Part shown: piece by piece, positions 53,868 through 64,000 of the stretch
How the letters are laid out: every line of letters starts with the position of its first letter
Numbering within the stretch: position 1 is the stretch's first letter
Origin: Thalia democratica
Taxonomy: Eukaryota
NCBI GenBank assembly: GCA_965202585.1
Contig: OZ241828.1
Location: forward strand, 24,056,001 to 24,120,000
DNA: 64,000 nt
Reading direction: 5' to 3'
Notes under the pieces: model-generated
What the model saw: the letters and a program-made list of their open reading frames with translations, nothing else
Databases searched by the model: none
Told to the model about the DNA's origin: nothing
Program-made: the position numbers and the translations under genes

Positions 53868-54313
53868 AAATTATTTATTTAAATTATTAACTAGCTTAAT
53901 AAATATTTAGGTTTTGAAATATTTTCTATATTTTAAAACCAAAGTAAACGTTTTTAGTTACACCAGTTTATTAATTTAATGAAAATATCAATAACAACTT
54001 TACTTGTAAAGTTAAGGTTAAAAGTAAATTCAATACTAATGACACATAACAATTAAAAAACTAACTTAAACCCTTCTTATAATTTAGAATTAGTGGCTTT
54101 CATCGGCGTAGCGTAGGAAGGGAAACTAACGCTAATGTGCACCGAAGAATGATGAAAACAAGAAAGTTTAGAATGTACTCCTTTCCAATTTAAGCATTTA
54201 ATTTCTCTACTTATTTTTTTTTTTAACTGTGTATATGTACTATTAAAAAATTAAACGAACTTTTTGGATACCAAATATTCATAACCGTTGCGCAGAAAAA
54301 ATTGTGTATCGGC

Positions 54314-54352
54314 TTTAATGCAAAAGTCCATTCTTTGGACTTTTGCATTAAA
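54314..54352. repeat. Perfect 17-bp inverted repeat with a 5-nt loop
   Basis: tttaatgcaaaagtcca-ttctt-tggacttttgcattaaa. Confidence 0.95.
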
Positions 54353-55907
54353 AATGGATTAAAAATGGAAATTTTTGCAAATGGATTTTTTCTTTATTCG
54401 TAAACTCTATGAAACTTAAAATTCAAAAAATACGCACTAATGTTTGTGCACCGTGGTAGTATCACGAATTTTGATTATTTTTTAATAATGAAATGAAAAA
54501 CATTTGTAAATAAAATATCGAGAATAAAAAAAATTAATAACTTATAAAAAATAAAAGCAAACTATTAGTTTAAAAAAAAAGTAAAACTAAAACAATAAAT
54601 AAAAAAAAGCATAATTTCTTTACAAAAATTATATTTTTTCTTAATAAATAAACACTGCATACTGTGAGTACCGTGTTAGCCTCACTTTACATAACTTTAA
54701 AATTATACAAATTAATTTAAGTCTCAGTAAACATACAGTTTTTAGTTAAAGTAGTATTTTGTTCACTTTAAAGTGAACAAATTACAAATTGAGATAACGC
54801 TAATCAGTAAAGTTGAAAAGTTTATGAATTTTCGTCGCAAATTTATCTATAAGCTTTTACACTGGTTTTATTCAACTACTCCCTAAAACTCTTAGTTTAT
54901 ATCAGTATTTTTTTTTACTGTAATAATATATTTTAAAAATGCTGAGTCTTTATTGGTTAATAAAGGATAAAAATTTTAATAAGTCTAAATTAAAATTTAA
55001 AAAGTAATTTTTTATTATTGAACATGCATTTGGTAATTAATATCCACTGTTACTACAAAAAGGATCTATAAATACTGTGTAAAAAAACCATATTTAAAAT
55101 AGAAAATAGTAATATCAAGTTATAAATAAATTTATTAAAAAAAGATGAATTATTTTTCTTATTTTACTATCAATTAGTGCTATTTTTAAACAAAAGATAG
55201 TTTTTTTTAATTTTCATTATAGTTATAAAATTTCCAAATATTATTATTTTAAAGTTTCTTTTCTAAAGTCTGTTTGAGATAAAAACAAAAAATATTATTT
55301 TAGATTTTTAAACGAATTTCTTTCAAAAAAAATAATTTTTTTAGATATTTTCATGTTTTAAAAAATTCTAAAAAGAAATTGAACTATTTAATATTGTTTT
55401 ATATACATTTGGTTTGTATAAGAATTTATTATGAAAGTGTTTTTAACTAAGGGTTTGCACAAGGTTTATCGGGATTCTCAAGACATTTAGGGTAACTTAG
55501 GATGTATTGAAGTTTTTGAAAAGTTTATTATGAATCAGTACAGCTTAGAATAATTCAAGATTATTTTAGGTTATTTTTCAAACTCAGGATAACTCAAGAT
55601 AGTTTTGTTTTATATAAAAGACTATGGATAATTAAAATACTTTAAAAAATGTACAGTTTTTTATAGTTTTGAATGATATTTAGTTGATTTAGTTTCAATT
55701 ATTGTTAGCTTATAACCAATAAAGAACTTAATTATATTTTAACTTAGAAAAAAAAATTTAAAGGTTATCAAACTTCATAATGACTCAGAGTAATTATTTC
55801 TAGAGTGTACTTTTGTTTGAAAACTAGTCAAGTTTGGTAAAAACACAGTTTTTTTCTACTTCTACATTAAGCGCTTGACTAAAAATAATACTTTCTGACA
55901 CGCATAA

Positions 55908-56041
55908 TGACGTCACAGGAGTTTTACACACAGAAACTTAATCAAGTTTGAGTATAAAAAGAGATGTATTGTTTAAATGATAAGTTTTAAAATAAAAGTT
56001 ATCAATCGATATAAAATTTTAAAAGGCACTGCAAAGTGCCT
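55908..56041 (+). other. CRE-box/dyad motif-pair unit, family 3
   Basis: TGACGTCA at 55908; cacagaaacttaa box; perfect stem AGGCAC-tgcaaa-GTGCCT at 56024 (116 nt). Confidence 0.8.
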
Positions 56042-56417
56042 AAAAGTGTACTTAACTACTAGAAAATATTATTTTCTCATTTTCGTTTTCTTTTTCAATA
56101 TATAAACTTTGTTATTCTTTAAATTATTGTTTTAAGAACACAAAAGAAGACTTTACAAAACTGTGTTAAAATAACAGAAAATGCGAAAATTCGAAGTTTA
56201 AAAGTTTTAGCAGAATCAACACAAACAAGATTAATGGTCATGCAGCACTCAAACTTATAGTTTAATAAATTAATTAGTTGAGTTATTAACATCTTCCTTC
56301 GGGCAAAAATTCATTGATCTCCAGTCATGTCAAGATAAAATATTCGAAGGCTTTAGTTGTAGTTTTTAATTTTTATAACAAAGCTAAAGCAACTAGTAAA
56401 AATTTATAAGTTTTACC

Positions 56418-56536
56418 TGACATCATTTTTTACTCTTATTTATAAACCGAGCAATATCTTTTGTAAATTAAAAAAAAATTTTGCAAAGTTTGTATATTCA
56501 GCGACTTTAAGCTTGCCGACCTCTGCATCAAACAGT
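56418..56536 (+). other. Degenerate family-1 unit
   Basis: TGACATCA at 56418; ataaaccgagc box; ...ctctgcatcAAACAGTAA ending at 56536 (about 97 nt). Confidence 0.55.
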
Positions 56537-57586
56537 AATAAAAACAATTAGAGTACAATTTAAAGCTAAATATTAAATAAATTTCGAAATTGTTCTTTCA
56601 TACACATACTATATGTTGCTTAAAGAAAGTAACTCAAATTTAAAGTAACTTACAGTAAATAAGGGTCTATAAAGTTTTAAATAAAATATAATTCAAACAA
56701 AAGTACATCTTTTAAATTGTGTCAATATTTTTCTCTAGCAATACTAAAAATATGGATATTAATAGAGGTTTTCTCAGTGTAGAAGTGTTTACAAATCTTT
56801 GATATACCATGTTCTAAATTCGTATCAGTTTATTTTAGAAATATTTTGTTAGTATATTTATATTTTATAATGTTTACGTTCTTGAAATAAGTTTAAAATT
56901 AAGATGAACTATTAGTTTAGTTTGTTTAAGGCAATAAAAAATAGAACAAAGTATTAAAGTAGTATTTAAACAAAACCTAAAGAAAACTGAAATTAATAAA
57001 ACATTAAAAGATCGCTAGTCATAAAAACAAGGCAAACTTTCATGAATAAGTAAAATATTATCTGCTTTAGACAACTGCATTTAATTGTAGAAAACGTCTA
57101 TTTAATGTTTTTTTAGTTTATTCGATTGTCACTTATAATGAAACTACAGTGACTTGTAACAACAAAAACTCAAAGAAAACAAGATTTTTTGATACTAGAA
57201 GGCTTTGGTAATAAAACTAGACTACCACCTTTGAAAACTAAACTTTGATTGACCAATAGTTTCTTTTTATTTCATTTAAAAAACTTTCCTGCTAGCTCGT
57301 TTAATTCAGCACCAGTAAAAAAACCTTGAACTTTATTATAAAATGAGATGTGTTATATACACTTTTTTTGTGCATAAAGTACTGACTTACAGGCTTTTTT
57401 TGTTATATTTATATCTTAAGCAACAACTTTTAGCGAAGTTTAGTTATTTTATTACAAATACTTTGCTGATCAAGTATTCAAAATTAAATTTGTCTAACTT
57501 TAAATAATATAATTACCTATTTTTTCAATCCAATGAAATATATTAAGCTTTAAACTATGTAAGCTTATTGAGTTAGTTTAGATTTT

Positions 57587-57701
57587 ATCGTCTACTTATA
57601 AAGACTACAAACTGAAAAAGCGACAAAACAAACTTCAAAATAGCTTTTTTAACTTTTAACAAATTAATTTAAAAGTATTACTGGTTTGAACTATTAGGTC
57701 A
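57587..57701 (-). other. CRE-box/dyad motif-pair unit, family 1
   Basis: Minus strand: TGACCTAA; then tttGTAGTCTTTA-taagt-AGACG (93 nt). Confidence 0.65.
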
Positions 57702-58498
57702 TATGTAAAGAATTTTAAATGGTTTGAGTTTTATTATGTGTTGCTATTGCTACTTTAACTTTTATTAGATGTTTGACTATGAAAAATATAATATTAGTTT
57801 TACGATTCTAAAAGTCTAAGTCATTAAGAATCTGGAAATAATAGTTCCATATAACGACGAAGTTTTTGAAAACTATCGATTAACTGTCTGTCAACTATCC
57901 TTCGAGAAAGAATAATTAAATTTTACTTAATGTTTCTTTAAATTATAATTGTTTTAGAGCTATGTTTTATGAGTTCTAAAAATCAAATCACATAGCTTTT
58001 TTCATTTAGTGTTGAAAAAAAAATCATTTTTGATCATAAGATATATAAAAATTTTATTTTAACCCATGTCGCCTGATTTAAGAAACGAACAAAAATTATT
58101 TAAAAAAGTAGAAATTTTGTATAAATACTATGATAAAGTAGAAACTAAAAGTTTACAAACTATATAAAGCGTTTTCAATTATTGAGTGTATTATAAAAAG
58201 CAATTTAATTTTAAATGACAACATTAAACTAAATAAGTTCGATACACTTATTTATGACTATTTTCAAAATATTTTTGCAAAATTATCTTAGTTTTTTATG
58301 TAAGTCTTCATCCAAAAAATGAAAAAAAAAATGTAATGTTAATTTATAACATTTGATAGAACCTAGTTATTTATATATAAACCTAGTAAGCTAAATTTTT
58401 AAACTATATTTCTAATAATAGTTTTACAAAGAAAAACTTTACACTTAAAGTATAAACCATAAACGAGGCTTGAGCAGAGAGTTATAACTTAATACCTT

Positions 58499-58621
58499 TG
58501 TCGTTAAAAAATATAACAAAAGCTTGCTTATTCAATTTCTACATTTTTAGCCGTTTAGCAGTTTTGTGGAATTTCTTAACACGATTATGAAGCAACTTTT
58601 TAGCTGTCTAAAACAGACAGT
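58499..58621 (+). other. CRE-box/dyad motif-pair unit, family 1
   Basis: TGTCGTTA at 58499; taacaaaagcttgc box (identical to the unit at 1039); TTAGCTGTCT-aaaac-AGACAGTA at 58600 (101 nt). Confidence 0.85.
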
Positions 58622-59222
58622 AGTTTATTTTAATTTTGATGAGATAACGGATTAAATTTTTTAAAACTTTAAGGTACGCATTTCTTGTAGATATAAACTT
58701 TAGCCTCAGGTCAAGGAGCGTACCTTGATGTCCCTACTGTATTAATTGCTTGTTGTCGAAATTGAAATTAAAATAAAATATTAGTATGCACAGTTTTTAA
58801 ACATTAGTTTTAATAAAGAAAAATATTGTTGTTTTTTTAATATCTAAATTAAACAATTGGTTAATCATTGAATAGTACAGCTAATAAAATTGAAAATTTG
58901 ATTAGTATGTAAATACCATAACAAAAAAATTTAACAAACTAAAAGTTTTAAATATTTCTATTAAATTAAACTTTAGTTTTAGAACGTCCTTGGTTTAAGC
59001 TTTGACAATTTTTGGGTGTTTTCTACAAATAATATTTGATTGTTTTTTCAATAAAAAAAATAAAAGTAAAGCCTTTGTATAATTTTTTAACTCATAGTTC
59101 ATTTGAATTAGTCAATTTTATTTTTGTTGCTTGCTAACTTAAAAAGCACGGTAAAATTTTAGTAAACAAAATAATCATCTGTAAAATCAAAAAAATCAAA
59201 ATTTATTGTTATTTAAGATACG

Positions 59223-59340
59223 TGGTGTCATTATTCATACCAACAAAAACTTGTTCAAAAATATACAATAAATTATAGTAGCATCGTGTAACCTTATGTA
59301 TTTCACCTTTGGAAGCTTGTAGCTGTCTTTAGCAGAAAGT
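59223..59340 (+). other. CRE-box/dyad motif-pair unit, family 1
   Basis: TGGTGTCA at 59223; caacaaaaacttgt box; GTAGCTGTCT-ttagc-AGAAAGTAA at 59319 (96 nt). Confidence 0.85.
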
Positions 59341-59768
59341 AAATAAGTAACTTTATTATAATTGATAAAAAAACAATTTGTACGTTATTTTTTTCTGGTA
59401 AACAACTTAAAAAAAACGCTTTCTTTATTAAAGTATTCTTATAAGTAAATTTTTACATATCTTCATAAAACTGTGTTTAGTTGTTTAACACAGCAAAATA
59501 CATATTAGTTCAATAAACATAAAGTTCAATTTTTTTAGTTATAACTAATTGTATTAATATTAAAATACGAAATATTAAGATAAAAAAAATTGTTTAAGTG
59601 TTTCACTATCTCCTAGAAAGAGCTAAAAACGTTGCAAGATAAAATAGCAAACCATAGGCAAGTACATTAGAAGTTTTTTCAAAATTATTAATCTGAAGAA
59701 GGTGACTGTGATTTAAATATTTATAACTAAATATCTATGCGAGAGCAAATTCATAAGATAATTTATTT

Positions 59769-59887
59769 GCTGTTTACTGAAGACAGCTACAAAATTTGAT
59801 AATGACATTGATGAAACTATAGAGAAAGCTTCTTTAATTTATATTATAAAAATGAGTTAGTTTGTTTTAGTATATGTTAATACGTCA
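59769..59887 (-). other. CRE-box/dyad motif-pair unit, family 1
   Basis: Minus strand: TGACGTAT; actaaaacaaactaac box; GTAGCTGTCT-tcagt-AAACAGC (97 nt). Confidence 0.85.
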
Positions 59888-61009
59888 CACAACTTTGTTA
59901 CGTCTTATGTTTTTTATATAATCATCACTTGATGCTGATAGCATAATTAAAGTATACGTTTTTTTTCTAAACGAACAATAAAAATTTGAGAAATTAACAA
60001 AAATTTATATAAAAACTATTTATATTTTTAACATAAAGTTTTTAACATACTTACTTTTAAAAAATAATACAAACAAGACTATATAAAATGTGTTAAAACA
60101 TCTGTAAATAAAAAGAGATTGATTATTTTTTAATCAATTTAAAAAAATTATTTTTTTTTTGTTGAATGTTAATTCAGTGTATTTATTTTACTTATATAAG
60201 TTTAAAATTTATCATGTACTGTACTACATCAGATAATAATAACATACTTTTTTCGTAAATATGAGCATTTAAACAACTGTTTTAATTTACAAATAGCAAA
60301 TACTATTTTTAAATGTTTTTTTAGTTTTTATTATTATCTGAGCTAGCTTATTTCTTATAATCGTTTTTAATAAATATTTTCAATGCTTAAAATTTAAGTT
60401 TTTTAACTTTAATTATAACTGATAAGTATAAATTTTATCTTTTAAAGAACCAACAATCTAAACGACATAATCGTAAAAAGAGTACTTTTTTGAAGTATTA
60501 ATTTATATATTGACACAAAAATTCGTACTTACAACACGTTATTTCAATTTATTTTTTATTTTGATCGATATTTCAAAAATTAAACCATTTCGTCTGATAA
60601 ATATATCTGAGTTACAATTTTTTAATTTACAAAGATTAAAAACTGTGTATAATATTGAATAAGAAATCGATAGTTTAATTTTATCTTAGTTTTTTTTTAT
60701 TTACACTGTAACTTTCGATGAACAATAAAAAATTTCCTACGTTTTAAATAAGTTTATAGTTCTAACATGTTAATGAGTATTTTATTCCTTATAAACAAAA
60801 CCTTTTTAAAGTTCTTTTTAGAACATTCAAAAATATATGCCTTACATTCTTCATATATATTATTTATATTTTCCAAATTTTTACTGTGTTTTTTAGCAAA
60901 GTGTAAGTATTATCCTTGAGAATTATTGTTTGTTAACTGAATGAAAACTGATAAAGCTTGAATAAACTACTAGAATCTGCTGAAAAATCAAAAAAAGTTA
61001 AGTAAAATA

Positions 61010-61290
61010 TAGTGTTGTACCGGACTCACTATCCGGGTCCGGCCGGATATTGCCTTTTTTGTCTGATATCCGGATCCGGCCGGATTCTAATTTGAAAAAA
61101 AGTCAAGATCCGGTTCCGGCCGGATTCTAATTTAAAAAAAAAAGTCCGGGTCCGGTTCCGGCCGGGTTCTAATTTGAAAAAAAAAAAAGTCCGGGTCCAG
61201 TTCCGGCCGGATTCTAATTTAAAAAAAAAAAGTCCGGATCCGGGTCCGGCCGGATACTAAAAAAGATCCGGCCGGACCCGGATCTAGTTA
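61010..61290. mobile_element. GC-rich MITE copy lacking a clear right TIR
   Basis: Starts tagtgttgtaccggactcactatccggg and carries internal ~38-40-bp repeats ccggatccggttccggccggattctaatttgaaaaaaaagt; same family as 62568-62811. Confidence 0.8.
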
Positions 61291-62184
61291 GTAAAAAATA
61301 GTTTACTGAAAAGTATTTTTTCATAAACAAACCCTGTGTAAATTGATAAGAGTCATTTTCGTCAGTTAAAATTAAACACCTACCGTGATTGGCTCATTTT
61401 GTACACGTGACTAATTTACATTTGTTTACATTTAAACTATGAAATAAACATTTCATGAAGTGCAACTCTTTACATATGTTGTAAAATTGAAAACTTTGGA
61501 ATGAATACTTGCATTATTTATTGTTTAAAGTTGAGCTTAGAGAATATTTAGTGTTAATACGGTTGAATGTACGAGCCAATGAGAATCATATGACGAAATT
61601 TTTCAAACTAAATACTGATGTAACAAAACATCAGAACATGACACGCAGTTTATATGTAAGCAGTTAGTTAGTTTGGTGTGTAGCTTGAAGCAACAAAATA
61701 TCTTGAACGTTTTTGTGAATGCTTATTGTAAGTAGTGTTTTGTTTTAAAAGTGAATATTTCAACAGGTGTTTAATTGTTTAAATATTTGAGCCAGGTTTA
61801 TAGTTTAATAGTTTATTAAAATTTTTACAGTTTCTTGTTTAATAAAAGTTTTATTTGATTTTTAGTTTTTTGTCTTAAGTCTTTTGATATAGATTTAAAT
61901 CGCTTCCAGTTTTTAAAGTGTTACCAAAGTAATTAATAATTTTGTATATGCTAGTATTTCTTGTTGTGTTTTATATAAAAGATTTATCACTCAAAACTGT
62001 CGTGTCTGATTATAGAAAGTAGTCTCAGTTAGAATTTAGTATTTGTTAGATATTAATTAAATAAGGTAGGATTTAACTATGATGGGTAGTACTAATAAGT
62101 TAAGTGTACCACAATCAGTCCTCAACTTTACTACCAAATTGTCAACCTTTGCTAGCTGTTCTACTGACTATTAGATTAAAGTAA

Positions 62185-62568
62185 TTTTTCAGTTTTTAAA
62201 AACCTCATTCTGACTCAGGCTTGTTTATACTCACTCTAGCTAGTTTTATTGACTTAAACAGTGGCAACCCTGCTAGTTTGAAAATTTTTGGGAATTTTAG
62301 AAAATCTTGGACTGCCTCAGGCTAGTTTAGTTTTTTATAAAAACTCAGGCTAGTTTTCTTTTAGATTTTAAATGAGTTTGAGCTGATCCAATTTTCAATA
62401 TTTTGTAATTTTCTAGTGTATTTTGTTCAAGAACTTTATTTCAGATTTTTAATTGTAAATAACACCTAAATTTGTAAACCTTGTGGCTAGCTGTTCTACT
62501 TATTTTTAGATTTAAGTTCTTTTTTTCAGTTTTTAAAAACCTCATTCTGACTCAGGCTAGTTTATACT
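62185..62568 (+). repeat. 47-bp direct repeat pair (62185-62231, 62522-62568) with internal ctcaggctagttt sub-repeats
   Basis: tttttcagtttttaaaaacctcattctgactcaggct(t/a)gtttatact occurs twice with one mismatch. Confidence 0.8.
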
Positions 62569-62811
62569 AGTGATGTACCGGACTCACTATCCGGGTCCGG
62601 CCGGATATTGCCATTTTTGTCTGATATCCGGATCCGGCCGGATTCTAATTTGAAAAAAAAATCCGGATCCGGTTCCGGCCGGACTCTAATTTGAAAAAAA
62701 AGTTTGGATCCGGTTCCGGCCGGATTCTAATTTGAAAAAAAAGTCCAGATCCGGTTCCGGCCGGATTCTAATTTGAAAAAAAAGTCCGGATCCGGGTCCG
62801 GTACATCACTA
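62568..62811. mobile_element. Complete MITE, hAT-like termini
   Basis: Perfect TIR TAGTGATGTACCGGAC / GTCCGGTACATCACTA; 244 bp; internal ~38-bp ccggatccgg repeats; no clear 8-bp TSD. Confidence 0.85.
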
Positions 62812-63632
62812 GTAAAATATTAGTTTTAAAACTTATATGTGACGTAAGAGTTTAAATATTAACTTTCATCTCATAAATATCGCGGACCGAAATCGAAGTT
62901 TTTACTTTATTATATACTCGAAACACTTAGTTTATAAGTATATAGTTTCTTAAAATTTTCTTCAGATCTTTTTTTCTATCAATTTTTCAATTAATATCTT
63001 TAAGTTTTTAGATTAAGTTTGAAAACTTATTTTGCAGGCTTAATTACTATTTTCCGACATTTACCCTTCGCCACACGCATTTTCCTAATGGACTAGAGTT
63101 TGCTGACCCCCTGCATTAAAACCATAGAAACTTTCGTATTTAATTTCAAAAATTACAGCTAATTGATTACGAAAAGTACAAGTATGTTCCTTTACTTAAA
63201 CAGATTACATATGTTAACTAAAGAATATACGATAAAACCTAAGCAATTAACAGTTATTATTATATTGTTTATTGTGCAATGTTGGACTCAGGCATCAAAA
63301 CCTGAGCCACTTAAACAGGACACACAAAAAGAGAAAAAGAAAATAAACTTATATTCAAAACTTTAAGATAAATTATACATATATATATATACAAACACAA
63401 TTTAAATGAAAACACAAAGTTAAACACAATATGATAAACAAATGAACTAAATTGAAAATTCAGTTCAAAAAATTCAAATTTATATATTACTTAGTACACA
63501 CAGTAAAGAAGTTTGTCTAATATCATGGCTTATAAAACAATATTCATAACTACAAAATATATAAGTAAACTAATAGTTTGTAGGGGGGAGGCGTAGGGAA
63601 ACGAATATTTTTCCTTTTGTTACAGTGGAAAA

Positions 63633-63965
63633 TTAGTTAATTTTACTGGTATTTATCGTATTTAAGTCAAATCTTTTTAGCTTTAAACGAAATTGTTCTA
63701 CCCTCTCACAAGATACTATATCCTGAGGTAGTCTGTTCCACATAGCTTTTGCTCTGTGAAAAAATGCGCCATGCCACTGACTGTTTTGAAAATCATGTTT
63801 ACATTTTATTTTCAAATTATTTCCTCTTAGTTGATATTTATTTTGGGAAAAATTAAAAAACTGGTCAAAAAAACTTTTATATTTGCCATTGATAATTTTG
63901 TAAAGAATTAATAAATCAAATTCCCATCTTCTATATTCCAGTGATTTCAATCCAAATTTAATCAT
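63633..63965 (-). mobile_element. 5'-truncated CR1/L2-clade LINE, C-terminal end of ORF2
   Basis: LEYRRWEFDLLILYKIING...LRGNNLKI...FFHRAKAMWNRLPQDIVSC...FRLKL matches the typical post-RT C-terminal pattern of CR1/L2 ORF2 (L..RR...DL...YKI..G; FF..R....WN.LP..VV). Confidence 0.85.
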
Positions 63966-64000
63966 TCTATCATTATATGACGTGTAAGATATGTTGCAAC

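Overview
This is about 64 kb of very AT-rich (roughly 22-24% GC by eye), gene-poor eukaryotic DNA. Spliceosomal introns, a CR1-type LINE relic, tRNA-derived SINE heads and hAT-like MITEs point to an invertebrate animal, but the species cannot be assigned from sequence. The dominant unexplained structure is a dispersed array of about 40 degenerate units of 120-140 bp. Each has a CRE-like palindrome (TGACGTCA) plus an A-rich box (aacaaaaactagc-like), followed about 90-130 nt later by a short dyad or hairpin. Three sequence families share this layout but have different hairpin sequences: CTGTCT-N5-AGACAG, AGTCGT-N7-ACGGCT and AGGCAC-N6-GTGCCT. Some copies show compensatory changes, and units sit in same-strand blocks. 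Family 2 is the core of a 0.62-0.79 kb monomer amplified as a duplicated trimer (23.9-28.05 kb). Other content: a long inverted duplication (38.6-43.8 kb) carrying an intact 3-exon, 176-aa orphan gene and its pseudogene twin; a decayed intronless ORF with a Y-box-type cold-shock domain (46.3-48.1 kb); a 2.8-kb 27-bp minisatellite; a 15-bp tandem repeat; and several transposon relics. I found no rRNA, intact tRNA or CRISPR array. All coordinates and counts were read by hand, and no alignments or database searches were run.
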